Assembly (NCBI GenBank): GCA_051294375.1 | Contig: CM119264.1 | Coordinates: forward strand, 19,289,590-19,353,589 | Length of the DNA stretch: 64,000 nucleotides | Direction: 5' to 3' | Origin: Paraspadella gotoi | Lineage: Eukaryota; Animalia; Chaetognatha | In this document: in pieces, positions 26,493-40,562 of the stretch | Numbering within the stretch: position 1 is the first letter of the stretch | How the letters are laid out: each line of letters opens with the position of its first letter | Translations under genes and position numbers: made by a program | Notes under the pieces: generated by a model | Database searches by the model: none | Seen by the model: the letters and a program-made list of their open reading frames with translations, nothing else | What the model was told of the DNA's origin: nothing

Positions 26493-26934
26493 TACAAAAA
26501 TACAAAATTTGTAATAAATAATTTTATTGAATATTATAAAAGCTAAGACTTAAAAAAGTGAAGCAAGTAATTTTAAAATTTTAATAGAAAAGAAGCATAT
26601 ATAAAAAATGGAAAGCTTTTATCAAAAAAAAAAAAACGGAATAAAATACAATAAAATAATAGGATATGGAGGAAGGATTTTAGGATAAAAAAGGAAGAAA
26701 AGTACAAGATTCAAGAAAGAGACAAAGTGGAAAAAAAAGCGAAAGGGAAAAAAAGAAGAGGAGGAAAAGGACTGCAAGGAAAGTAGGAATAAAAAGTAAA
26801 GAAAGAAAGAAAGAAAGAAGGTGCGGGCGGCGAAATCGGCTCCGGCAAATGTCTCAAGATTTTCCGAATCCATTCGCGCGACGACTTAGAACTCACGATC
26901 GATATTATTTTGATGGCGCGATTCAGCACGTGGG

Positions 26935-26985
<51 letters not shown>

Positions 26986-29214
26986 GAGAGAGAGAGACGA
27001 GGAGAGTAGGAGAGAGAGAGAGAGAGACTCCGCACGATGTTTAACTTTCAACTTCTAGTGAGGAAATAAAGTACGCTCCAACTACGACGGCTATTATTAT
27101 GAAAGCGACATAATAACAATAACAACGACTCAGGGTAGCCATAGCCGATGAAATTTAAATGCTAATGTATACAGCGTTAAAATAATCTATCATGACCATA
27201 GATTACGGTATTAAAATATTTTTTGTCAAAAATGCTTTCTTTTGAGAGTACGAGCCTAATTAAAAATATTATATTACTATATAGAGCAAATAAATTTTTT
27301 TTTAAATTTTGAAATTTTTTGATGGATTCTGATAGAGCATAAAAAGTTAAACAAGACATATAATTACAGCTTTTAAAAATTCTTACGTTTTCTAAGTGAA
27401 AATATAAAAAAAACTGATAAAATCATCGAAAGAAGATGATGATGATGATTTTTTATGGTTTTTCTTATGTTTGACACACTTATCGTAAAAATATTTAAAA
27501 AAGAATTATATTTTGTGTAGACAACTTTTTATGAGCTATCTGAATCTGCTCTTAAAATTGAAAAATTTAAAAAAAAATATTGGCCTTTCCTATCTATAAA
27601 TAAATATTAAAAAATTAATTACTAGGGTATAGAGCCATTTTAGAAACTTTTTGTCCATTGAAAGTATTCCTAAAAATGTCTAAATATTCGTTTGAGCATG
27701 TACTCACTCTAAATTTTTGACCCACCCCATTGAGTGCGGCTACCCCTACTCAGGGAAAGAAAAATCGTGATGGTGACAAGAACGACGAATGTTACGACGA
27801 CTGGAAAAATCATCCCCAAAACAAAGCGACAACGATGTTTGAGGCGAGATTGCGATGAATGCGGCAACAACGACGACAAGTGAAAAGAAAATCTCGTATG
27901 ATAAAGACGAAGACATAGATGACAGAGACGACGACGATGACGACGACGACGACGACGACGACGATGCGAATGAGGAGAACGACCACTTCGAAGATGAATT
28001 CGAAAAGGGAATTAGGGCTTCTTTGGAAAAAGATTGAACGGCGACAATCATCTTGAAACGAAAGAAAATGCGGCGCCTCTGAGATAAGGACGAGGAGGAG
28101 GAGTAAGAGAAGGAGGAAGAACTAAGTCTAGGGGAGGACCGACTCAATCGAGGGTGACATCTCCGCCTCGAGGTCGAATCGACGACGACGACGAAGACGA
28201 CGAAAAAGATTTCCACCTGCGACGCCCTCGCAAAATTGGGCGAAGGATCGTTTCCGCGAAATCCATTGACGTCAAACACTTCGATCAGGGATCGGGTTTA
28301 TCCGCAACGAGGCAAACAACGTAATGGCGGTTGGTTAGAAATGACGCATTCATGATCAAAGACAGTCGACAATCGAAACAACAACAACAAATGAACTCGA
28401 TGGCAAAAGGGTTTGCAGATGTTGAGTGCTGACGCAGCATCGGTTTTCTTCTCTCGAATAAAACTAAAGGAATATCCGAGTTGCAAAAAGTAACGATTAT
28501 CTAATAAAATAAAGCGTTGGATATCACAAGATGCAATATGCCTAAATATTGTATCATGTGATATCACAGATCAGTGAAAAATGAGTTTAAGTCGGCATAA
28601 ATGAAGGCCTAAAACAAAAGCCGGAAAGAAGATAGAACCGGTGGCTAAAATGCTAAAATGCTCCCTTTTTTGTTTTCTATAGAAAATAAAGGAAAAATGC
28701 TCATTGTAGTAAAAGGAAGAGAGACAAATCCTAGGAGTAAAGGGGAAAAAGTTAGATAGACGGAGAAAAAAAAAGACGGGGGGAAAAAAAAGAAAAGTAT
28801 TCTACAATTTCCTCAAATTAAAACGTGAAATTACTTTGAAGCTTAACTCGAAATTTAGTAGTTAATTTTTGGAATTTTGACAGTCAATAAACTTATTAAG
28901 TTATCGTTTATATTTAAACAATAAGCAAATAAATACATACATTAAACATGAAACATACAACATACCTTAAAATTTTTTCTGACAAAATTTATTAGCGTTT
29001 TTACGGAAACCATTCGCTATATTTCCTTTTTTATCTCTTCGTTCTCGACTTGTTCATACAGTTTTCTTCCCCTTTGGCCTCGTTTCAACTCCATTGCAAA
29101 AAAGAAGGAAAAAAAGAAGAAAAATGAAGAAAAAAAGAAATTTTCAATAAGACAAATGGAGTTCCTTCACCCGCGCTGGAACCAAGAATCAGGTGAGTAA
29201 AATGGAGGACTTGT

Positions 29215-29286
<72 letters not shown>

Positions 29287-29629
29287 CCGGGTCCACACCC
29301 ACTAACTTCACCTCTCTATCTCCTTTCCTCTCTATGTTATTAGGTTATTACTCTTCTTCACCGTTTCTTAAAATTCTTTCCAATTTTTCGGTAGAGAGAG
29401 CTGGGTGGCCATAAAGAAGTAGGTGCGAGAGAGCGAGAGCGAAAGGGGGAGAGCGAGAGAGAGCAAAGGGTTACTGGGTTGGTAATAAAAGGAAGTGTTC
29501 TCGCTCCGTCATTACACTCGGCCTTCCTGCAATTTAAGGCCGTTTTTCCTCCTCCTTTTCTTGTGCTTTTGGGAAGTGACCAAAACATCATCGCGGACCC
29601 CAAAGGAAAAATCACTCTTTTCCTTTGTC

Positions 29630-29771
29630 TTCTTTCTTTTTTTTTCTTTTTTCTTTTTTTCTTTTTTCCTTTTTCCTTTTTCCTTTTTCCTTTTTCCTTT
29701 TTCCTTTTTCCTTTTTTCTTTTTTCTTTTTTTCTTTTTCCTTTTTCCTTTTTTTCCTTTTTTCTTTCTTTC

Positions 29772-29848
<77 letters not shown>

Positions 29849-29850
29849 TT
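29630..29850. repeat. Polypyrimidine (TTTTTCC)n/(TTTC)n tract
   Basis: Seen directly; source of the Phe-rich pseudo-ORFs. Confidence 0.95.
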
Positions 29851-30078
29851 TTTTATCATTTTTTAAAAAATATCTTGTTTGTTTGTTGTTTTTTTTGTTT
29901 CAAGCGATTCTAAGTCTGAATTTAATCTCGTCCTTCAAAAAAGGGGAGATTTAAAAACCTAAATCAAAAACATTGTGCGAAGTTGAAAGAAGAAAAAATG
30001 AAGCAAAACAAAAATAAAAGCCAAACAATAGTTCGAATACCTCGACTCTCGATCCTTTACAGATCTCCTCACTCATTC

Positions 30079-30200
30079 TTCAGTACTCATTCTTCAGTCC
30101 TCAATCCTCATTCTTCAGTCCTCAGTCCTCAGTCCTCAGTCCTCAGTCCTCGGTCCTCGGTCCTCGGTCCTCGGTCCTCGGTCCTCGGTCCTCGGTCCTC
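30079..30200. repeat. 7-bp tandem repeat (TCAGTCC grading into TCGGTCC)
   Basis: Seen directly. Confidence 0.9.
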
Positions 30201-30907
30201 ACCCCCGGCGGTTTCCCTCTTCGCCCAACACCTTCGCTACCTCTTTTCCTCCTCTCTTCTTCTCTTCCTCTCTTCCTCTTTTTTCCTTCTACTTTGTCCT
30301 CGACTACACCTTCTACTGGCAACGGCCAGAATAAATGAACGTAGTTTACAAATTAAGCATATAAATATTTAAAAATATGGATTATATCTCTTGCTTCAGA
30401 GCATTCTTTGTTCATCAGGATAAATCACAATCTTACTTCGAGATATCTTCTCTTTGAGCTAGCGTGACTGTAAACTATAGAGCGAATATTAAATAACTGT
30501 ACTCTAACGGTTGCCCGTCATACGTATTGTGAGACTGACTATTGACTGATCGAAATTTTTCGATTTCGGAAAAACATAGTCATGTGCAAAAAAACACCTC
30601 TTCTAATGAAGTACTCCTCAGCATAAATAAATGTGAGAAAATTTAATTAATTTAATAATAATATTTTTCTTCTAATATTTTTAAATTCTTGGCTTGTAGT
30701 AGATTAAAAATGATTTTTTTTAATTTAAAGTTATAAAGTGGGGTGGTTTTTTTTTGCACATGAGTAAGAGTGAGTTGGAAAGAAGCGAGAATCTGATGAT
30801 GAAATTGACCGCCAAAAAGTAGGCGTTATGAATGTGGGTCCCAGAGGCAAACGATAATGCGTCGAAAAACCCACTGGTTTTCTCTGGGTTCCATTATTCT
30901 AAGACGT

Positions 30908-30993
<86 letters not shown>

Positions 30994-31083
30994 AAGTAGA
31001 GTAAGGCGGTTTAACACAGGATGCTGATTGAAGACTGAAAGACTCGTTAGAAGGAGAGACGGGCGGGTGAGTTTAATGAAGTA

Positions 31084-31210
31084 GAGGAGGAAAGATGAGG
31101 TTGAGGAGAGGAAAAGATGAGGAGGAAAGTTGAGGTTGAGGAAAGGAAAAGATGAGGAGGAAAGATGAGGTTGAGGAGAGGAAAAGATGAGGAGGAAAGA
31201 TGAGGAGAGG
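31084..31210. repeat. 35-bp purine-rich minisatellite (about 3.5 copies)
   Basis: gaggaggaaagatgaggttgaggagaggaaaagat repeated. Confidence 0.9.
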
Positions 31211-32429
31211 GTTTATTGAAGACGAGGGCTGGAAGTGAAAGAGAAATGACCCAAAATTAAAAGATTCTGTTGCTGGGAGGAAAGATCGCTATTATTTGCT
31301 TCGGCGAGAATAATTTTTGATTGAAGCGCTCTTGTTTAAATTAAGGTAAAAATCCCGATGTATTTTGACATAATTCATGAATTCAAATCCGCGAGATTTG
31401 CTAATGCAACGTGAAAGGAAAATAAAACTAAATCATTTCAATATTTAATTCGCTTTTACTTTTATCATGCGGTGAATTTTTGGGGAAAACAACGACAAGC
31501 CTCTAGCCTTTCATCGTCGCGAATAATTTTTGAATGAAATTAAGTGAATTTAAAATTTCATGTAACAACCAAAAAAATTTTGGCTTGAATAAAGCGATGA
31601 TAAATTACCATGCATATAAAAAAAATTTGTTTCAGTCGATGGTCGCGACTTAAAAAAAAAAATACGGTAAGTTAATATTTTAGCGGAAATGAGATTAGAG
31701 CGGAGTGTGGATTCCGCTGCGCAACTCGCCCGTTGGCGGATTTTACAATTTTTATGAAAAAGGTTTTTTGTCTTTTGCTTTTGCCGCGCGCAGTAGATGT
31801 CAAGAACGAGATTTGTGTCTCTCTCTCTCTCTATTTCCTTTCGCCTTTGTTTTCCTTTGTCCCCTTTCACCCTCTTTCCGTGCTTTGTCAATTATCAGTT
31901 AAAATGATATAAATAAAAAACCTATTCGTTCGACGCGTGTGATTTTTATTCTTTTCCCCTTTGTACCCGAACCGTAATCTTCATTGTCTCAGTCTCCGCC
32001 TTTGTCGTCATTATCATCTCCGCCGTATAACAGGTCTGATAGTCCGTTCTTCCTTTAACAACAGTTGGTTCCTTCATAATCACCATCATCGTCACCCAGG
32101 ATATTTTCTCGCCTCTTCCTTCAACGCGAACACGCGATTCCTTTAAATTCCCCGGAGGCCGAAGATAACATTTTTTCCCCTTTTTTTTCCGACGGTATTG
32201 AAGACGATGTAATTATTTGTTAAAGCGATGACGATGACGATGATGATCGATGATTAATGACGAATAATCTCCATTGACGGCGTCGAAGCTGCTTTCTTAG
32301 TTATCATGAGGGGAGACGCAGTTATTTCGGATTCGGCAATCTTGTCTACAATAATGAGTACAATACTTGAATTTTCTATGTCGACAAAGACGATGAAACA
32401 GACGACGATGTTGACAGAAATCATAATCC

Positions 32430-32474
<45 letters not shown>

Positions 32475-33121
32475 CTAAGCCCGGAAGGCGGAAACGTGAG
32501 GAGGAGAGGGAGAGATTTAAGTCGCCCACCATAATATTTTGTCGCTTTATGGTTTCCCATCTTTCGAAGCGACTTTCTAGTTTTGTCCTGAGAACGTTTT
32601 GTTTGTCGCGTTTTGTCTTTTACGAGTCTTTGTCTTTTAAGGCGAATCGCCTTGTTCATTTCCACGCGCAGTCGAAGTAGGAATTGTCTTTCGTCATCTT
32701 CCCCCCCGTCGACTCCGCGCTCGTCCGGCTCCTCGTCCTTTTAACGGTCTTCGTCTTTTGTTTTTTTTTTTCTTTTAGTTTCATCCTCTTCCTTTGTTTT
32801 CTCTTTTTCTCGTTGTTGAGGCGCGAACCTCATTTTCTTGACTGACTCCAATTTCCCCTTCGTTGGAAAAAGGGCGGGCCTTAGTTTATTTTTTTGTTGT
32901 TTTTTTTTAAGCGGTCGCACCATTTTATGATATTGGTTTGCCCGAGGGAGGACCAGAGGGCGCTGAGGGGGTCTCGCTTGGTGTCACTTCTGATATCGAG
33001 GTTTATTGTTCCTATGGAGCTAATAGCGAGAACTTCTGACCCACCCCTGGGCTTAATATCATGGCGTTTGAATATTAAATAGTTTTTGAATCTTGGGATT
33101 TTGTAAAGTTCTAGGTAATAT

Positions 33122-33186
<65 letters not shown>

Positions 33187-33965
33187 AACTCGCTCACAGT
33201 GACCACTGCACTGGGGAATGACCACGTCGTGTTGCCGTCCGATAAGGGATCTTAACAATTGATACATTGTGGTAAGCTATAAAAAGATAATTTCTTATAT
33301 TCCACACTGATACACGAAAAATCATTTCAATAAATCTCCCCCATAAACTTTTTTTCACTCCCGCACTCGGTTTTTTTCGTTCTTTTTTAAAAACAAAGTT
33401 AATTTAGCTTCACGTTTTATATTAAAATTTCAAATCGTAAACAAAAACTTGAAAAAAATGTTCCACACAGAGCAAAAATATTTAGTTCTTTGAAAGGAGA
33501 ACAAAATTTACCCAAACAAAAAAAATGTATTTCCACTTCGGAGTTTCCTTCTCGAACGAATTCTCGTTATTACCTTCATGCATAACCTGTCACTCGTGTT
33601 CACTGGAAACGGCGAATGATGATGACGACGACGACGACGAAGACAAAAATCATATCGGCCATACCATTTTCAAAAGATCTTTGAGGCTTGAACGGAGCTA
33701 ATTTTATTCGTAATATAAAGTGAAATAAGACTTTCGATAAAAAAAAATAGCAATCATGACGTAGCTATTTAAGGACTTTTCCTAAAAACTAATTTCAAAC
33801 GTCACTCTAGCGTCACTCTAGCGTCAGTCTAGGCACACAATGACAATAGTACTCGGAGATTCATTCGAAGAATTAGAGTTTTCTGTTGCGTCGAAAAACT
33901 AAAATGTAGCGGCTAGAATCAGTTTCTCTCAATCCACGTCGAATCTCTCGTAAAATGCTGGCGGA

Positions 33966-34627
33966 ATGGAGGCGTTCACGAACACCATCGTCGTCTGCAT
34001 GAAGCTACAGCGACTACAGCATCTCAAGCAGACTGTCCACGTTCCCCAGCAAAATCCTCTTCCGCAGTTTCGTTTGATTAGTGGCCGCTGGGACGAGAAC
34101 AGCAATAACAGTAGCAGCAGTGAGAATAACGGTAAGAAAGACCTCAAGAGAGACATAATCAGTAATAGCGACAGCAGTAACGAAAAGAATAGTGAAAAAA
34201 AAGAGGGCAGCAGCGGCAGCAGTAGCGGCGGTGGCATTTCTAACAACTACGGCCCAGAGAAAGAAGGCAACGAGGATGAATCGACGGAAGAAGCGACGGA
34301 GAGTTTGACGAGCAGTGCGACGGACAGCTCTACGATCGGCGCCACTGGTAGCGCCGGACTGGTTTCCACGTGTAGCGGCGAAAGTCTGGAGCAAACACGT
34401 GGACGGCGGCTCCACGTTCGATGCCGGTTCGACACCGCCGAATCCGTTTCGTTGAACGCCCACGCCGACGACGCCGACGACAACGAAGCCGCTAAATTGG
34501 TCGGCAACTCCCGACGAAAATTCACTCTTCCTGCAACGCGTCTCGTCGTCGGACGTCAACCGGCGCTGTTGGGTCTGCTATGCCACGGAAGACGACGACG
34601 ACGAAGACGCCAACAGCGGCGAACTAG
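33966..34627 (+). CDS. MARCHF5: MARCHF5-like first coding region: S/N/E-rich extension plus RING-CH start, with a +1 frame discontinuity
   Basis: The ATG 33966 frame is S/E/N-rich. The RING start DVNRRCWVCYATEDDDDEDANSGEL (from about 34552) lies in the +1 frame, which has TGA at 34453 and no ATG after it. Donor at 34628. The RING part is secure; the 5' part is not. Confidence 0.6.
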
Positions 34628-34739
34628 GTTACCATATATTATTATTGTTATTCTATTGTTATATGCCCATATGAAATCGCTACTAGTTTTCCTATATTAA
34701 AACGTCTTTTGTCCTCCTTCCCACTTTACCACCGGCGAG

Positions 34740-34926
34740 TGAATCCCTGCGGCTGCAAAGGCTCGACCAAGTGGGTTCACCAGACCTGCGTGAACCTCTG
34801 GATCGACGAGGTGCAACGGGGTAACGCCTCAAAGGAGATTAAGTGCCCCTACTGTCTCGAACCCTTCGCCTGCGAATATCCACAGCCCTCCGTCTTCTTT
34901 CGCTGCCTCAACGCCGTGGACGCGTG
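34740..34926 (+). CDS. MARCHF5: MARCHF5-like exon, RING-CH core
   Basis: VNPCGCKGSTKWVHQTCVNLWIDEVQRGNASKEIKCPYC; all C4HC3 ligands present together with the previous exon. Acceptor is GAG; donor after 34926 (or 34923). Confidence 0.9.
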
Positions 34927-35275
34927 GTAGGAGCGGTTTTCGGGTGGAGGACTGATGGCGTTATTACTTGTTAATTGTGATTGAGTTTTATTGCTTGAAA
35001 TTATTGCTTTAATATATTTTATATGCACTTGTATCTCGTTCTTTCACGAAGATTATCGTGCCAATTGTTGAAAATAAACGGGAGAGACATGGCTATCTTC
35101 GGTACTTTTGTCAAAATTTTTTCAATGACAATATCTATTGTTTAAATTAATAGTTTTCCATTATCTAATTTAGAACCCAAATATTCAAGGGAGACGAAAG
35201 TTTTCGTGGAATAACAATTAATTTTATTTGACATAAAACCCAAATAAAAATTTTTATCCCAACTCTCCCTTCAAG

Positions 35276-35423
35276 CTACACTCGCGCCTGCAACCTGGTG
35301 AGCGAAGGGAATCTGCTGGGTGTGCTCGCCTTTACCACCGTCGCCGTCAGCGCCACCAAGATCTTCAAATCGCAGATCAAGGAGGTCCTCTTTCTCGCCA
35401 GGGGGACGACATACTTGCAACAG
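35276..35423 (+). CDS. MARCHF5: MARCHF5-like exon (TM1-2 region, divergent)
   Basis: tcaAG|c YTRACNLVSEGNLLGVLAFTTVAVSATKIFKSQIKEVLFLARGTTYLQQ|GTttcg; phases fit. Confidence 0.75.
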
Positions 35424-35673
35424 GTTTCGAAGGCCATGGATAAGTTGCGTGATTTTGGGTTCAGTTTTTTATAATGATTTATTCTCCAACAAATAAAACA
35501 TAGATCAACTCCAAAACAATGCTAAGTCTAAAACAAGTAACACAATTAAACCTGTACAGAGAAACCGGCTGCGGACAGCCGGAAGAGAGTTGTTGTGACC
35601 GGTGATCAGCAAGTAATTGGGATTGAGAGAGAGAGAGAGAGAGAGAGAAGAGAGGAGAGAGAGAGAGGAGAGA

Positions 35674-35709
<36 letters not shown>

Positions 35710-35801
35710 CTTATGAGTCGCGCGTTGATGTTGCCACAGTATAAACAGTTTTGATTTTGGGCTAACATAAAAATGCATCAACTTCTCCACCCAACCATCA
35801 G

Positions 35802-35938
35802 GTGGCACTGGGCGTTTGCCTCCAACTTGTCGTCCCCACTAGTCTCATCATTCTGGAGCAACAATTACAGATCTTGGAGGACCGAGTGGCTAGAGCCACG
35901 ACTCCCATATTAACGAGCGACTTGAGGATCGAAAACAG
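35802..35938 (+). CDS. MARCHF5: MARCHF5-like exon
   Basis: tcAG|VALGVCLQLVVPTSLIILEQQLQILEDRVARATTPILTSDLRIEN-R|GTgccc; aligns with the recalled PTIPVMLILG..WED region. Confidence 0.8.
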
Positions 35939-35985
35939 GTGCCCTGCTTTGTGAATCAGATCTTCCAAAGTCGGTCTCAATCTCA

Positions 35986-36066
<81 letters not shown>

Positions 36067-36080
36067 AATCTCTCTTTCAG

Positions 36081-36200
36081 ACCGGATCCGGAACTGGACG
36101 CCGACAACGTCAACCTCATCATCAGCGCTCTTCTTTTTCCGTCGATTGCGTTGTCGACCGGCAACGCCCTCTTCACGCGCGTAATCGACAACAACTTCAA
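36081..36200 (+). CDS. MARCHF5: MARCHF5-like exon
   Basis: (CT)n tttcAG|PDPELDADNVNLIISALLFPSIALSTGNALFTRVIDNNF-K; matches the recalled GALVFPTIATIVGKLMF. Confidence 0.88.
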
Positions 36201-36315
36201 GTTTGTCCGTTGCATTCTAATGAATTTAATGTCTTGACTGATTTTTTAATTAATGATTATTCTCGCGTTTAAAAAAGAAAATAAAAAATCAGTCAAAAGA
36301 TAAAATTACATTCAG

Positions 36316-36445
36316 ACGATACTTGGCGGGTGGCGCCGTCTACGTCATGGTTCGAGGATTCTTTAAGACGATTTACAAAAGGAATCAACTCGGTCTTCAA
36401 CGGAAGAGGAGAGTCGTGAACAGAGTCGTCAAAGCGGAAAAATGA
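36316..36445 (+). CDS. MARCHF5: MARCHF5-like last exon
   Basis: tcAG|a RYLAGGAVYVMVRGFFKTIYKRNQLGLQRKRRVVNRVVKAEK*; matches the recalled RTILGGIAFVAIKGAFKVYFKQQQ. Confidence 0.88.
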
Positions 36446-39209
36446 AGGAGGACGTCGAACAAAAATGAAGCCAACTTATACCAATATCTTAACCCCCAAT
36501 TTTTGCTTCGCCGGAGCGGCAAATATAATTTGAATTTTTAATCATTATTGACTTTTTAGGTAAAGAATAATTTAAGTTAACTGTAGTCTGCAGGTACCTG
36601 TGCTGTTTTATTCGAGAAAAGGAACGCTGAGGTGCTTAATCAGTCACGGCTATTTTTTTTCCTTATTCTAAGAAGAAGAAGAAAAAAAGAATGCTCCTTT
36701 TTAATATTTAGCAGTAGTCTCAAATTTTTTTTTAACTACTCAACTACTTAGTTTTCACTTTAAAAAAGAATTTATTTGTCTTTTTAAACCATGACTAAAA
36801 ACCAGGGATGGCATAAATTATCCGCTGAAAAAGTATAAATTAACATAATAATTTCGTAATTTTATCGAGAGAGCAGCGTCTATATGCGTGAAAGAATCGA
36901 GGTGAAATATGGCTAGAAATAGAATAGTGGGAATTCATAATTCAAAAATTGAGATAAAAATAAAATTGAAAAAAACAAAACAAAACTGTAGAACTGATAA
37001 AGGATAACTGAAACCCCCAAAAAAGATAAAAAAATGAGAAAAAATTTAAAAAATATCAATATGGTCAAAGAGACATTTTAAAACTAATAGGTCGGAAAAA
37101 GAAAGGAAATAGAAAAGAGAAATAAAAGGGAAAAACGGAATGGAGGCAAAAAAGAAGGAAAAATAAAGATGAAAAGTTGGATGAGTCGAGGATCATCAAA
37201 ATGCGATTTGATCTCATTTGAATTGCGACAAAATCCAAAGCGGAAAAAAGCCAGACTCGGGATTCAGGGTTACGCGAAGGACGTGAAAATAGGGAGAAGG
37301 TGTGAAGGGGAGGATGGTAGTTCGTGGGGGGGGGAAATAGGAGTTGGGTGGGGGTAATGAGAAAGAAAATCTCCGTTGGCGCCCAGGCAATAGGGCGTTG
37401 AGTGGGCGGTGATGAGAAGGGCGTGGCAGGAGGGAGGAACGGGAGGTGAAAGAAGTGAGGGTAGAGGAGAAGCGAGAATGAAAGTGAGAGGGAGTGAAAA
37501 CGTGAAAACGAAGCGGACGAAGAGAAAGATAAGCCGCAGGAAAATAGGAAAATAAAAAACGAAGTGAAGGGAAAACTGATGAAGATTGATGCGAGATTTT
37601 TCTGAACAAACAAAATATAAACGAATTCGCTTTTATTATCGCGACTGAAACGGTTAACGTTCAAAAATGATATCAAAGGGAAAATAAAAAAAGGGGGAGT
37701 AGAATTCGTTTGAAACATCAAGAGACGAAAAGCGAAATTTTAAGTCTCTTAAATTTCACGGTTTAACGACTGCTAAGACGACGACGACGACGACGACGAC
37801 GAGCAACGACACCCTCGGCGACGAAAGAAACAGTCTTTCCTTCTTCCTTAACGATAATGATAATGAGTCTAAAGATCTAGGCGAACGGGCTTCATCCAAC
37901 GAAGCTCGTTGGAGATTGGAGCGACTCCGACCTTCTGGATCGAGGCCTCGAGGCGACAGTTTTCTTCGGAGACGCTCAGGGTTTTTTAGCCTCAAAATCA
38001 GAGAAACCAGCTTTAGCAAGGAATGTTCTTTTTTTTTTAAACCTGATTTTACCATGAAGATGCGTGAATACTGCTTTGTAAACCGACATAGTGAAAGAAT
38101 TTTTAAAAATATTATTGAATGGAAAAATTGTAAGAAAGAATTTTTTAAAAAAGATAAATAGAAAACAAGAAAGAAATAGAAAAATAAAAAAAGAAATTAA
38201 GAAAGAAAAAAAGACAGGCGGAAAATTCAGTGGACAATAAAACGTAAAATTAAAATGTGAAAAAAATATAAAAAAAATTTCAAAGAAAAAATGGAAATAT
38301 CGAAGAAAGAATTAAAAAAAAACAATAAAAAAAAACAAAAAAACAAACAACCAAACAAAAAGTAGAAAAAAAAATAAGAAAAGAAATAAAAGAACAAATC
38401 GAGCGCTTGAAAAAGTCGGTCGATAAAAGAAAAAAAAATGAAAAAGGAAGCGCTGAGAAGAAAAGAAAAGTGACAGATGCTTTCGATTTTGTTATCTCTA
38501 ACTCTTTGACAACGACATCGACAACATTTTAGGCAACAAGGTCGCGATCTTTTTCTGGTAACACGACCGCTTTCTTGTCTTTCTCTGAATAACCTGAAAC
38601 TTTTTTTCTTCCTTCAATCCTCTTTTCTTTTCTGTTAATTTTGAATTATGATGCGCATCTTAAGGGCGAATTCTCACAATGTATTATTTTTTTCAACGTA
38701 AAATGCAATACAATGGAACGATTGCAAAACGTCATCGCTATGGAAATGATATTTTTACTGGGGTGGCCTCTGACGTCTAATGGCGACGTCTCTTTTTAAT
38801 TTTCGCGGACTCGTGGACGAAAAACAATCTTTATCGTCGTTTTAATGGCAGAATCCCGAGTCAGCCTGGGAATGAAAAAGTCGGACGGGTTCGCGTGGGT
38901 GGAATACGAATGAATAGGGGTCGGAGTGGTTTCGTTTGCCTCATGGAGAGCTGGGTGGTCCGAAGTGGTGGTTGTATATTAATTTTATTCAGGATGATAG
39001 ATATCGGTTAAAGAGATAGATGCATACCGCATAGCTGAATAAAAAAATTTTGAAAAAAATAATTAGTATTCGTTATATGGAAAGATTATACGATTTGAGC
39101 TGCTTAAGACTGTATTTTAGTACTTATTTCTCTAAGATATATTAAAAAAAACTAACGTTTCAACTAATAAAAGATAGATGATTGGTACTGCTTTTGTGCC
39201 GAGAACGTG

Positions 39210-39348
<139 letters not shown>

Positions 39349-40562
39349 AAGAAAGAGAAAGGAAAAAAATACTGAGTAGAGAAAATTGGGTTACATGCAA
39401 ATGAGCTGACAATCGTCATGTAAATGACTCTTTCTCCCGAAAAGAAATGGAAAGGGACTGCGATTAGAACTGATTGCGTCGTTGTGGTCGACGCAATCGT
39501 CAGCCTAGAAAACGTCGCCGCCATTGCAAACGGTTTGTTCGTTTATGGAATAAATTAACATTATCCTTTCGATTCATAATAACAAACATACTGTTTCTGA
39601 GGAACTTACTTAGTCTTACATAGTGCTAGTCTAAAATTAAATAATTTAGTTTTCCCTTTTTTTTGTAAGTTGATATGTAACTTAGCGATTTTTGTCCCCG
39701 CTAAGATTGCCTTTACTCTCGTCGTTTGTTGGTTGTTTCCCGGTTTTATCGGCCCGTTTGAGTTTTCACTTTTCAGGGTTCTCCTTTTGGCAGGTGCTGT
39801 TGTCAATTATTGAAGTTGTTGTCGTTTTTGTTCTTAAACGCTTTCTCAACTCGCTGGGTATCATCTGCGCTTCTTTGCCAACAAACAACGCCTTGTTTGT
39901 TTCCTTCCTTTGTTACCAATTTGACGGGAAAGATATATCGCAAATGACGTTAGTCCAACCCATGGAGTTGGAAGGAGGAGAAAAGACGAAGGGAAGAAAG
40001 AGAATAGAAGAACGAAAACGATGATAATGAAATCTGGGAAAGAAAGAAGATGAAAGGATTAATTATAAGAAGGGGAGGAAACATGACTGAGATAAAAAAA
40101 GAAGAGGTGATCGTTGCAAAAGATTGCGTCGAGAGCTGCGCTAAGTTGAAAGGCAAACCTTTTTTGTTGTTCAAAGAATTCGAGGAATGATATGCATTGG
40201 AAAAGAGGAAGGGAAATAAGTTAAGATGAGGTTAAAGATGAAGGATGAGGATGAAGATGATGATGATGAGGATGAGCGGGTGAAAAGGAGAGGAACTGCG
40301 AGTGAGGATGTCGAAAAGTCACTTAGCGGTCTCTGCGAAAAGCGATTTTGAAATTTAGCGAAAATGGTTCCCTTCCTGCTTCTTTTTTGCTCTTTCTTTT
40401 TTTGCAGTCGTTTTGACTTTCGATTGCTTTTTTACAAAGACCCGAGTTTCGACGTATCTGAACTACATAACTTATTACCATTTGAAATTAATTAACATAT
40501 GTTAAAGTCTTGGCGAGGATGGATTCGGTTTCAATGTTTCTCACTACAAAGTACACACTATA

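Noticed and set aside
26038-31210. Short direct-repeat arrays as CRISPR-like
   Set aside because: Eukaryotic context, no unique spacers and no cas genes; ordinary minisatellites.
38845-38913. KSDGFAWVEYE resembling an RRM RNP1 motif
   Set aside because: 22-codon ORF closed immediately by a stop, with no rest of the domain.
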